From Cyanobacteria bacterium J06626_4 (GTDB lineage Bacteria; Cyanobacteriota; Cyanobacteriia; Phormidesmidales; Phormidesmidaceae): a stretch of DNA of 64,000 bases. Below, in pieces: positions 38,953-48,003 of the stretch (the stretch's first letter is position 1; every line of letters starts with the position of its first letter). Under the pieces are notes generated by a model that had not been told where the DNA came from, did no database searches, and saw only the letters and a list, made by a program, of their open reading frames with translations. The translations under genes and the position numbers were made by a program. The stretch is taken from NCBI GenBank assembly GCA_038523235.1, contig JBCBJQ010000008.1, forward strand, positions 32,001 to 96,000. Direction: 5' to 3'.

Positions 38953-39297
38953 CTATAACTCAATGGAATAGCCAAGACCTAGCGTGATGCCAGGGGCGGC
39001 ATTGCGGCAATCTTCAGTTTCCGCAGTGCGTTCCTGAGAACTCGGGCAGCTATTGGTTATTTAACAGGTTGCGGATACTAACCGTCCGCCGACCATCTCC
39101 GACTTATACGGTGCTTAGCAGACCTAACGTGACATGAGTGCTGACCTGCGCCTCAGCTGGGGCATTCGTACCTGTGATCGCGACTTGCAGCGTGGCCTCG
39201 GGAACATCTGTTACCAAGGCGTTGCCGACAATTTTCGGTGCTGCTGGAAATAGCGGTTGGTCAGAAACAGTCCAAAATTCTACGGTTTAATCATCAT
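38953..39297 (-). pseudogene. Collapsed TonB-dependent receptor pseudogene
   Basis: MMIKP*NFGL / VSDQPL..IVGNALVTDVPEAT / QVAITGTNAPAEAQV / VTLGLLS..RNLLN..QER..AAPGITL..YSIEL*, with stops and large deletions. Confidence 0.8.
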
Positions 39298-39350
39298 CAC
39301 TTTCACACCACAAGCAGCAGACAAATAGCGCTCACTTACCCCACAACACT

Positions 39351-39450
39351 AGTGAGAAAGTTTCTCAACTAGTTGCAATTCAATCTAGGGGATTTAGAGA
39401 TGACTTTTCTCTTTAAAACAGACTTTTTTCTCTTCAAAACAGACTTTTTT
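39351..39450 (-). promoter_or_regulatory. Duplicate of the 37480-37579 promoter
   Basis: Same 21-bp tandem (39405-39446, one mismatch) and Fur-like box at 39351-39369. Confidence 0.7.
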
Positions 39451-39452
39451 TC

Positions 39453-40451
39453 TTAAAGCCACCGACGTTGCTTTAACTGATATCCTTTCGGAGACATGCC
39501 GAACTGCCGCCGAAAAGCGTTGCTAAACGCCGTTGCACTGTCATAACCAATGGCTGTGGCCACGGCGGCGATTGAGCGCTGCTGGGTTAGCAATTTGCAG
39601 GCTGTTTGCATGCGCTGCTGGGTTAAATAGCCAAAAACGGTGGTATCACAAACCTGTCGAAAGCCTTCCCTGAGCTTGCGTTCGTTGAGATTCACTTGCC
39701 GCGCCAGTTCTGCTGTGGAAGGCGGCTGGCTCATATTTTGATCCAGAATGGCCTGAGCTTGATAAATGCGGTCAACTTCTTTGGGCGGAATCTGATTGGT
39801 CGATGTCGGCGGCACCATCAGATCAAATTGAAAAGCCAGCAGCTCTAAAACTTTGGCTTCCAAATAAAAAAATCGAGTAATGCCCTGATAGGGTGATCGC
39901 AAGATTTGCTGCAGTAAAACCTGCTGGGCGGGCGTAATCCGACTAGATAAATACAGCAGCGCTTTGTCAGGCTGCTCGATCGCGGTTTTTAAGTCAGTAG
40001 GGAGATCGCTGAGGCGATCGCTAAAGGCAGGAATTAGCTCTGGCAAAATTTGAATGCGAATTCTACAGAGATATTGCCCAGCCGGATAATTTTCGGTTTC
40101 AGCGGTGTTAGGCAGGCAGTAGAAATAGCTTTTCCCGGCGGCCTCTTCTTCAGGAGCACTCAGACCATCATTATCCACCTGACACCCACCGGATAGGTAA
40201 TAGCTCAGGGTTAGCGGCATCGGCTGAGGATGCTGCTCAATCTGACAGCAATGGGTTTGCGGCTTTTTGAGATCATCAATCGACAAATTGATGCCGGGTC
40301 GGAGTTGAATGCTGCGGCAGTACCCGTGCCCCACCGAAGACGGCAGTTGCGTAAATTTCTCTGGGCCTTCCTCATATTCCACAAGGCTGCCCTCAGCGCG
40401 ACACGCATCTATGAGTTGAAGCACCTCAGCCGCAGTAATAACTTTCGCCAT
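39453..40451 (-). CDS. AraC family regulator (PchR-like)
   Basis: N-terminal domain paralogous to 25050; LNERKLREGFRQV; Fur-like box at 40493-40511. Confidence 0.92.
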   Translation of the reverse strand: MAKVITAAEVLQLIDACRAEGSLVEYEEGPEKFTQLPSSVGHGYCRSIQLRPGINLSIDDLKKPQTHCCQIEQHPQPMPLTLSYYLSGGCQVDNDGLSAPEEEAAGKSYFYCLPNTAETENYPAGQYLCRIRIQILPELIPAFSDRLSDLPTDLKTAIEQPDKALLYLSSRITPAQQVLLQQILRSPYQGITRFFYLEAKVLELLAFQFDLMVPPTSTNQIPPKEVDRIYQAQAILDQNMSQPPSTAELARQVNLNERKLREGFRQVCDTTVFGYLTQQRMQTACKLLTQQRSIAAVATAIGYDSATAFSNAFRRQFGMSPKGYQLKQRRWL

Positions 40452-40530
40452 TTAGCCCTTGCGATAGAACTCCTTAAAAAGGGTATCGCAATGTTAGGAA
40501 TAATTCTCAATATGCCAATGCAGTGCTTAT

Positions 40531-40948
40531 TTATTCAGCGGTTTCATTCGATTCCAGGTCTGCCGCGAGACACACTTCAATATCGGCCAGAATCTCATTT
40601 GCCGCCAGAATGCTACGACTGGCAATCCAAACGGCTCCGTCAACTTGACACACGCGATCTTGCTGCACAGCTTGCAGCTGCGACCAAATTGGGTGCGTCA
40701 CAAACGCTGCTTTTGAGGTTCCCCCCGGTTGATCGGTGGAGTAAGTGAGAAAAACATAATCGCCATCAAGCGCCTCTAAAGACTCGGCCGATAATCGGGC
40801 GACATACCCGTCGGGATCATCTTGAGCGGGAGTTCGAGAGAAACCGATATCTTGCAGCACCGACCCCGCAAAGCTACCCGTTGTGAATGCTCTAACAATA
40901 TCTTGAGGAACGATCACCACCGAAATTTCCAACGCTTGTGGCTGTAAG
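40531..40948 (-). pseudogene. 5'-deleted iron-siderophore binding protein
   Basis: Only the C-terminal ~135 aa (SFAGSVLQDIGF..HPIWSQLQAV..RSILAAN); no signal peptide or lipobox; fused to a receptor-type promoter. Confidence 0.8.
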
Positions 40949-40976
40949 CAGGATATGGATTAGAGGAGTAACAGGC

Positions 40977-41027
40977 TAGAGATTTTGAATTCTCAACGCA
41001 CTTTTCTTGAATTCTCAACGCACTTTT
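40977..41027 (-). promoter_or_regulatory. Direct-repeat operator (period 22)
   Basis: TTGAATTCTCAACGCACTTTT at 40985 and 41007, preceded by CTAGAGATT. Confidence 0.65.
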
Positions 41028-42074
41028 TCAGACAGCTAGTTGTTGCTGCTGATAGAGCTTAGGATTAAGGCCAAATTTTTTGCGGAAGGCGACGGCAAAG
41101 CTGCTGCGGCTTCTGTAGCCAACAGATTGAATGACATCCTCAACTTTTACATCGGGATAGCTCAGCATGCTGCGCGCCTGCTGCAAGCGGTAGTCTTGCA
41201 GATACTCAAACGGGGTCATGTGAAACACTTGCTGGAAACCTTCGGTCAACTTGCGACGATTGAGGTTGACTTGTTGGGCTAAATCAGCAATGGAAGGCGG
41301 ATGCTGTAAGTTCCTCAGCAATAGCTCTCTGGCCTGATAAATGCGATGTAGCTCATCTAACTGCGGGCTATTTTGACCGGTGAGCTGGCTTTCTACGACC
41401 ACGAGTTGCTCAACCATCTGCCGCGATCGCAGCGTCATTAGTTCTAGCGCCTTTGCTTCCAGGTATATCCGTCGATTCAGTCCTTGATCGGGGCAGTTGA
41501 GAATTTGATGCAGTAGATACCGCATTTGGGGTGTAACCGTCTCCCAGTTTGTCAGTGACCAGGCCTGTTCTGCCAGCGGATTTGCCTGTGGAATTTGAAA
41601 TGCACAAACTTTTTCGAGATAGCTGCCAATAGATTGTCGGAGCTTGGCTGGCAGCTGCTCAAGCAGCCCGTCCCAAAAAACTTTGAGAATTGGCAACCGT
41701 AAATGTAGCTCTACCTTGAAAATATGCTGATTTCCTGGATATTGACTAATGGAACACTTGTCGGTTTCACGGCCTAATGAGAAGACCAATGGGCTTTTCC
41801 CAGCGTGAGGCCCCGCCAAGATAAACTCTAGTTCTAGCTTTAAGGGAGACCTAAAGGCTGGGCAGTGTCTAACAAAATCATCCCGAAATTCATACTCTAT
41901 GATGTTGAGGGCCAATCCATCCCGCATACAAATGGTCTGAAGATAACCTTGACCCAGGTGATTCCAACATTTGCGGATTTTGTCAGTTTCATCGTAGTGC
42001 CAGAGGTTAACTTCATCGGGGCTACAACGCTGCAACCAATCATTTGGCTGATTCAGGGAGAGTGTGATGGCCAC
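41028..42074 (-). CDS. AraC family regulator
   Basis: LNRRKLTEGFQQVFHMTPFE, VGYRSRSSFAVAF; Fur-like box at 42121-42139. Confidence 0.92.
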   Translation of the reverse strand: MAITLSLNQPNDWLQRCSPDEVNLWHYDETDKIRKCWNHLGQGYLQTICMRDGLALNIIEYEFRDDFVRHCPAFRSPLKLELEFILAGPHAGKSPLVFSLGRETDKCSISQYPGNQHIFKVELHLRLPILKVFWDGLLEQLPAKLRQSIGSYLEKVCAFQIPQANPLAEQAWSLTNWETVTPQMRYLLHQILNCPDQGLNRRIYLEAKALELMTLRSRQMVEQLVVVESQLTGQNSPQLDELHRIYQARELLLRNLQHPPSIADLAQQVNLNRRKLTEGFQQVFHMTPFEYLQDYRLQQARSMLSYPDVKVEDVIQSVGYRSRSSFAVAFRKKFGLNPKLYQQQQLAV

Positions 42075-42288
42075 GCGTCTAGTCGATGAATTGGGCTGCG
42101 TATTAGAAATACTATAGATTATTGCAATTCATTCCCAGGTGGGTGGGCGCAGTATGCAGGCTGCACAAAGTATGAAGAAATCCGTTGAGTCATGAAGAGC
42201 AGCACAGCAGCTTTAAGGTCGTCAACGGCTATCAGGCTCCTCATTGCTCTCCCCAAGACCGTGAGATAGTCTAACCATTAGCCGGTCT

Positions 42289-43329
42289 TCATTGGGTTGA
42301 TCCTGATGAATCAACATCCGCTAAATACTGAGTTAAATGTTGGGTTAAGTCGTCAATGAGCAATTTGGCCCCTTGAATACCGGGAAAGCTCCAGTAAGTT
42401 TCGGTGACGACATGCACCTGATCGGTTTTAACGGCGTTGAGCTGTTGCCAAAGCGGATTCGTTTGCAGTTGGGCAAACATGGCGGAGGTATCGCCAAATT
42501 CGACGCCAAACACAAACATGACATCACCATCGGCCTTTGCCAATTCCTCAAGGCTAATGGGAATCCGGGTGCTCCTGGCTAAAACGACATCCTGCGCGGG
42601 GGGACGCCGCAGGCCTAAGTCGGTCATCACATCCCCGACTAAGGAGGATCTGACGTAGAGAAAAATGCCGTCTGTGCGCACGCGAATGTACGAGACCTCG
42701 ACATCAGTGAGGCGATCGCCCAAGGTTTGCTTAAACGTGGCCACCTTTTGGTCATATTCATCGAGCAACTGCTCGGCGGTTGCTGTTTGATTCACCGCGT
42801 CAGCCAGGGCTAAAAATCGGTCTTGCCATTGGCTGACGCGGGGGCTGACGCCGACAGTGGGGGCAATTTTGGACAACTGGCGATACAGTCGGCGCTGCGA
42901 TTCGCTAATGATGATCAAATCGGGATTGAGCAGCAGGATGCTTTCTAGATTGGGCTGCGTGAGCACGCCTACCGTGGCCACCCCTGCAGTCTGGCTAGAC
43001 AAATAGGGCGGTACCGGAAAGGGGCGGTCTTGGGTGAATTCAGCGAAGCCGACGGGCTTAATGCCTAACGCCAACAAATTGTCTAAGTCAACAACCGGAT
43101 TCATCACGACGACTCGGTTTGGCTGTAAGGGCACCTCAGTTTGGCCCAGCGCATGTGCCACCGTGCGAGTCGCTTGGGGGATGGCGGTGTCAGTCCCTTG
43201 GTGGGCGGCGGGCGGCAAGGCCGACCGACCGCTGCAAGCGATCATGAGTAGGCATATCAGACCCAAGATTATCTGCAGCCGAAACCTTTTCAACTTTTGT
43301 CGAGCCAATGTCATTTTGCGGTGTGCCAA
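42289..43329 (-). CDS. Iron-siderophore binding lipoprotein
   Basis: Lipobox MIAC, PNLESI..NPDLII, LSKIAPT, NPLWQQLNAV. Confidence 0.9.
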   Translation of the reverse strand: MAHRKMTLARQKLKRFRLQIILGLICLLMIACSGRSALPPAAHQGTDTAIPQATRTVAHALGQTEVPLQPNRVVVMNPVVDLDNLLALGIKPVGFAEFTQDRPFPVPPYLSSQTAGVATVGVLTQPNLESILLLNPDLIIISESQRRLYRQLSKIAPTVGVSPRVSQWQDRFLALADAVNQTATAEQLLDEYDQKVATFKQTLGDRLTDVEVSYIRVRTDGIFLYVRSSLVGDVMTDLGLRRPPAQDVVLARSTRIPISLEELAKADGDVMFVFGVEFGDTSAMFAQLQTNPLWQQLNAVKTDQVHVVTETYWSFPGIQGAKLLIDDLTQHLTQYLADVDSSGSTQ

Positions 43330-43330
43330 T

Positions 43331-43404
43331 GGGTTTGGGGTTCTGGGTTCCTTGCACCTGGTTATTGGTTTCTGGTTCTTTGTTATTGGTTCCTGGTTAT
43401 TGGT
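43331..43404. repeat. STRR-like heptamer repeats
   Basis: Degenerate GGTTATT/GGTTCTT/GGTTCCT units between the receptor and binding-protein genes. Confidence 0.6.
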
Positions 43405-43434
43405 GCTGTACCTTTGGCCTGCTGCTCCCGACGC

Positions 43435-46059
43435 TTAAAACGTGTAGGAGACTGACCCTAAAACGGTAAAGGGTTCTCCTGGATTGGCACCTCGGCGATC
43501 GACGGCGCTCTCAAAATAATCGACGTCAAAGAGATTGCGGAAGTTGAGTCCTACTTGCAGGCGATCGCGGCGATAAAAGATGGAGGCATCGGTGCGCCAA
43601 TAGCTGTCGAGTTCAAAGGTGTTGCTGTCGTCACCAAACCGGCGATCGACAAAAAACAGGCCGAGGCCAAACCCCAGTCCTTCGAGGGCTCCTGTCTGAA
43701 TTTCGTAGGTGGTGAACAAGCTGGCGGTATTTTCTGGCACGTTGCGCGGGGTGGCCCCATCAGGAAAGTCTGCGCTCTCTGCAATCTCAGCGTCGATAAA
43801 GCCGTAGGAGCCGATCACATTCCACCCTGGCAGGATTTCACCCTGCACGGTCAGTTCAATTCCTCGACTCGTTTGCTCGCCGATCGGGACAACAAAAGCC
43901 GGGTTGTTGGGATCAGAGGCGGCAATATTTTCGAGGATAATATCGAATAGGGCTAGCGTTGCTGCTAGTCGGCCTTCTAATAGCTCTGCCTTGATGCCCA
44001 CTTCAAACTGCTCCGCCTCTTCTGGATCTAAAAAATCGCCATCAACCGTGGTTTGGGCCAGGGTGTTGGGCCGAAAGGATTGACTGTAGCTGGCATAGAT
44101 ATACAACGGGTCAATAGGTTGATAAACAATCCCCACGCGGGGGCTGAAATTACTGAAGTCTTGCTGATCATCAGTGCCAGGGGATGAAATAAACCCCGGA
44201 ATAAAGACCGGTTCCGTTTGTCGATCCTGGCTACCGACGTCCAACCGGCCACCGAGTAGAACCGTGAGATTGGGTAGAAGTTGGACTTGATTTTGCACAA
44301 TCACCCCGAATTGAGCGAGCTCGACGTTGGCATCGAGCAAGGTGAGCGCTAGCGGCAGGTCGGGAGCCTCGACTCGACCCGTTTGGGGATCAAATAGGTT
44401 GATGGGTGGGGCAAAGTCGGTGGTCGCAAGGTTGCTGCTGTCGGAATACAACACATCGAAGCCAAACAGCACCGTATGCTCAATGGAGCCGGTCGTAAAT
44501 TCGCCTACCACTTCAGTTAGTAGCTCAAAACTCTCTGAGGCACTCTCATTGGCGTCGAAGGAACGAGCAATATCGCCGGTGGTTTCATTAATGCCTCCTA
44601 ACGGAATGCTAACCTCGGTCCGTCGATTCAGAAAATCCGAGTCTCGGTAGCGGAAGCGGTTGCGCAATTGCCATTGATCGTTGAACTCATGCTCAAGTCG
44701 GTAGCCGAGATTTAGGGTTTCGACTTCAGCAAAGTCATCGGGCTCACCAATGACGGTATCGAGGGGCACATCTGCGACCTCATCGCCAATGGGGGGAATG
44801 CCGCGATCAAAGGGACGGCGATCGTCCAGATATTCCAACTCAAAGGTGAGGGTTGTGCGATCGCTAATCTCCCACGCCACTGCTGGCGCGATAAAAAATC
44901 GCTCGACATCGGTCTCAAAGTCGCGAAAGCCATCGCTGGATTCATAGGCCGCGTTAAGACGATAAAACAGCCCACTGTCTTCAGTTAGAGGGCCAGAAAT
45001 ATCGACCGTGGGCCGGACTAAGCCAAAACTGCCAATTTGTACTTCCGCTTCGGCAAAAAACTCGGGTAGGGGCTGCTTGGTGACTAAATTAATCACCCCA
45101 CCGGGCTCAATGCTGCCGTAGAGGATCGAGGCCGGGCCGCTGAGCACCTCAACTCGATCAACGTTGGCGATTTCCTCAAAGCCGGCGGTGGCTTCATCCG
45201 TATTGGCGGTGCGAAAGCCATCGCGTAAAATGGCCGCTCCGCTAAAGCCGCGAATCACAAATTCTTCACTCGTTCCCCCAAAGGTATTGCCTTCCACCGC
45301 GTTGGGTACGTTGCGCAGAGCCTCTCGCAGGCGAATGACCTGCTGATCTTCGAGCACCTGCGCCGGAATCACTTGAATCGTCTGGGGAACTTCAAAAACT
45401 GAGGTGTCGGTGCGGGTGCTGGTAGTGGTCTCAGGAGCCAGATAGCCGGCTTCAGCGGCTGACTCCCCAGTGACTAAAATCCGAATCCCGTCCTCAGCGG
45501 CGGGTGGCATTTCTGGTTCTAGGGCGTCTTCATCCGCTTCTGGGACTGTTTCATCAGTCGGGGTAAAAGGAGCCTGCGGGGGGGCAGCAGGCGCTTCTGG
45601 CATTGCCTCAGCGGTTGGGTCGGGCTGGGTGGCGGGTGGCTGCTCAGCGACGGCTCCGGCGATCGCTGCGCTCACAATAAGGGCTCCGTCAGCCTCAACT
45701 AAATTAACTGTGGGAGCCTGTTCTTGCCCAACGATGGTAATCCGCACGCTGTTCCCATCCAGAGGACTCACTTGAATCGAGGCCACCCCCGCCGCTGGCT
45801 CGGCTTGAATAAAGTGATCGTCCGTAGGCAAGCTTAGTTGAGTGTTGATCAGGTCAATGACGACCGTTTCGCCATAGCCGCTGATAAACGATTGAGGTGT
45901 GGTGTCATCGGTGGTCACCAATCGCACCTCTAGGGCACCATTCACCGTATTGATTTGCACTTGATTGATTTGCACCCCCTGCGCAACGGCGGGCTGCGCG
46001 ATCGTCACCGCCGAGATCGCGGCCACCAGACTCGGGGTGAATTGCACTCGATATCCCAT
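43435..46059 (-). CDS. TonB-dependent siderophore receptor with AMIN domain
   Basis: DRVEVLSGPASILYG, FSPRVGIVYQP, C-terminal SYTF. Confidence 0.93.
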   Translation of the reverse strand: MGYRVQFTPSLVAAISAVTIAQPAVAQGVQINQVQINTVNGALEVRLVTTDDTTPQSFISGYGETVVIDLINTQLSLPTDDHFIQAEPAAGVASIQVSPLDGNSVRITIVGQEQAPTVNLVEADGALIVSAAIAGAVAEQPPATQPDPTAEAMPEAPAAPPQAPFTPTDETVPEADEDALEPEMPPAAEDGIRILVTGESAAEAGYLAPETTTSTRTDTSVFEVPQTIQVIPAQVLEDQQVIRLREALRNVPNAVEGNTFGGTSEEFVIRGFSGAAILRDGFRTANTDEATAGFEEIANVDRVEVLSGPASILYGSIEPGGVINLVTKQPLPEFFAEAEVQIGSFGLVRPTVDISGPLTEDSGLFYRLNAAYESSDGFRDFETDVERFFIAPAVAWEISDRTTLTFELEYLDDRRPFDRGIPPIGDEVADVPLDTVIGEPDDFAEVETLNLGYRLEHEFNDQWQLRNRFRYRDSDFLNRRTEVSIPLGGINETTGDIARSFDANESASESFELLTEVVGEFTTGSIEHTVLFGFDVLYSDSSNLATTDFAPPINLFDPQTGRVEAPDLPLALTLLDANVELAQFGVIVQNQVQLLPNLTVLLGGRLDVGSQDRQTEPVFIPGFISSPGTDDQQDFSNFSPRVGIVYQPIDPLYIYASYSQSFRPNTLAQTTVDGDFLDPEEAEQFEVGIKAELLEGRLAATLALFDIILENIAASDPNNPAFVVPIGEQTSRGIELTVQGEILPGWNVIGSYGFIDAEIAESADFPDGATPRNVPENTASLFTTYEIQTGALEGLGFGLGLFFVDRRFGDDSNTFELDSYWRTDASIFYRRDRLQVGLNFRNLFDVDYFESAVDRRGANPGEPFTVLGSVSYTF

Positions 46060-46122
46060 GTCTCCTCACTGCCAAAGCTGGCTGCATCCAGACGTGAATC
46101 GGGGGTGACAGCCTCTGGGTTA

Positions 46123-46224
46123 CTTGACAACCCTTCTCAACAAGAAGAATATGGATTGTCGGCATCACGTGCTAGGGATTTTGAACCGTCAGCGCACTTT
46201 CTTGTGAACCGCCAACGCACTTTT
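46123..46224 (-). promoter_or_regulatory. Receptor promoter: direct-repeat operator plus Fur-like box
   Basis: TGAACCGTCAGCGCACTTT (46182) / TGAACCGCCAACGCACTTT (46205), period 23; CTTGACAACCCTTCTCAAC at 46123-46141. Confidence 0.6.
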
Positions 46225-47272
46225 CCGACAGTCCCTTTAAATGCTGCTGCTGATAGAGTTTGGGATTGAGGCCAAATTTTTTGCGAAACGCCACGGCAAA
46301 GTTACTGCGACTCCGGTAGCCGACAGTTTGACTCACATCCTCAACTTTCGTATCGGGATATTTCAGGATGCTTTGCGCCTGCTTTAACCGATAGTCTTGC
46401 AAATACTCAAACGGCGTCATGTGAAACACCTGTTGGAAACTTTCATTCAGTTTCCGGCGATTGAGGTTGACGTGTTGCGCCAATTCCGGAATTGAAGGGG
46501 GATGCTGTAAATCACTGAGCAGCAGTTCCTTGGCTTGATAAATGCGGTTGAGTTCATCTGGTGGTAACGTCGTTTGCGCAGCCAGTTGCTGGTCAAAACT
46601 GACCAGTTGCTCGACAATTTGCTGCGATCGCAAGGTCATCAGTTCGGTGGCTTTGCTCTCCAGGTATACCCAGCGGTTGAGCCCCCGATAGGGGCAGCTG
46701 AGAATCTGCTGCAATACCTGCATCATTTGAGGCGTAATCACGGCCCAACTGGCCAGCGAGTAGGCCTGCTCGATGAGGGGACTCATCTGGGGAATTTGCC
46801 GTGAGTAAAACTTTTCAAAATACTCGTCAGCAGCAGGTCGCAGCGGGGCTGGTAACGCCTCCAATAAACCGTCTAAAAAAACTTGCAGCATGGGTAGCTG
46901 GAGATGCAGTTCCACTTTCAAGATGCGCTGATGACCCGGATAGCGACCGATAGAGCGGGCAATTTCCTGACCCGCTGTAAGAAACAATTTGCTCTGCCCG
47001 ACATCGGGCCCCGTCAACATAAACGCGAGCTCAAGCCCCACTGGGCGCTCAAACGCTTGAATTTTTCTAACAAAATCATCATGAAATTCATAATCTAAGA
47101 TGACGATGCTCAACCCATCGCGCATCGCTAGGCATTGTCGATACCCCCGCCCTAAGGACGGCGGACACCGCATGGTGGTGTCGGTATAGCTGACGTGAGG
47201 CAAGTTGATCTCGCTAGAGCTCTCGTGCTGCAACCAATCATCGGGGTGGTCAAGTAAAAGTTCGATTGCCAT
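46172..47272 (-). CDS. AraC family regulator (paralog of 41028)
   Basis: LNRRKLNESFQQVFHMTPFE, VGYRSRSNFAVAF; Fur-like box at 47459-47477. Confidence 0.92.
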   Translation of the reverse strand: MAIELLLDHPDDWLQHESSSEINLPHVSYTDTTMRCPPSLGRGYRQCLAMRDGLSIVILDYEFHDDFVRKIQAFERPVGLELAFMLTGPDVGQSKLFLTAGQEIARSIGRYPGHQRILKVELHLQLPMLQVFLDGLLEALPAPLRPAADEYFEKFYSRQIPQMSPLIEQAYSLASWAVITPQMMQVLQQILSCPYRGLNRWVYLESKATELMTLRSQQIVEQLVSFDQQLAAQTTLPPDELNRIYQAKELLLSDLQHPPSIPELAQHVNLNRRKLNESFQQVFHMTPFEYLQDYRLKQAQSILKYPDTKVEDVSQTVGYRSRSNFAVAFRKKFGLNPKLYQQQHLKGLSEKCVGGSQESALTVQNP

Positions 47273-48003
47273 AGGGTTTGTCAATGAACTGTACTGCGTC
47301 GGGACTAGTCGATAGATCTGGTGTGGGCAACGCTCAAATTTTGAGAAACCGGATTGCTCCTCCTCCAGAGTTGGGGAAATTGAGGGGGGATGCGTCCGCC
47401 CGATGCTGATTAGGAGACTTGTCGGGGTAAGTTATTAGCCTGCCATCTCTGACGGCTTATTGCAATTCATTCGCATATGAGATGCCCAGTGTCAGATATT
47501 GAATACCCGACTTGCGGCGATTCCTGAGAAAAAATATACCGGTATCGTCAGGGCGGGTTTAACCAGGAAACCTCGGTTCATCGCGATTAAGGGATCGACA
47601 AAATCTGCCTCTACAGGGATGGGCTTGGCTAGAAATCTCCTGGCAGGAAAGCGATCGCTGAGATTTATCGCCCCCTCGTTTTTCTGGTGTCTTTATCAGC
47701 TCTGGGAGTGCGCTCATCCAAGCCTCGATCTCACCCAGAGGCCGAGTTTTGTCAATCAGCGACGCCGAGGTAAAAGCGGTTGCGGCAGTGTCTTGGGCGA
47801 TCGCTCACTGAGGTCTTTTGACGCTTTTGGGTGAGCCGTGCCGACACTTGACGGTATCGTCGCAGTCAAATGAGGTTATTTCAGATGGCTGACATCAGCC
47901 TCTGGCCGGGTTTGAAATTCGTTAGGCTGGCCTTGCCCAAGGGGGATGCCGACCGCGCGCAGGGGGGCTGGCTCTGCCTAGAGGGCCTGCGGCGATAGCC
48001 GCG

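Noticed and set aside
47499..47834. 111-aa plus-strand ORF in the long intergenic gap
   Set aside because: No recognisable motif or RBS; overlaps a degenerate GGGCGGGTTT..CTAC REP-like palindrome. It cannot be fully excluded.
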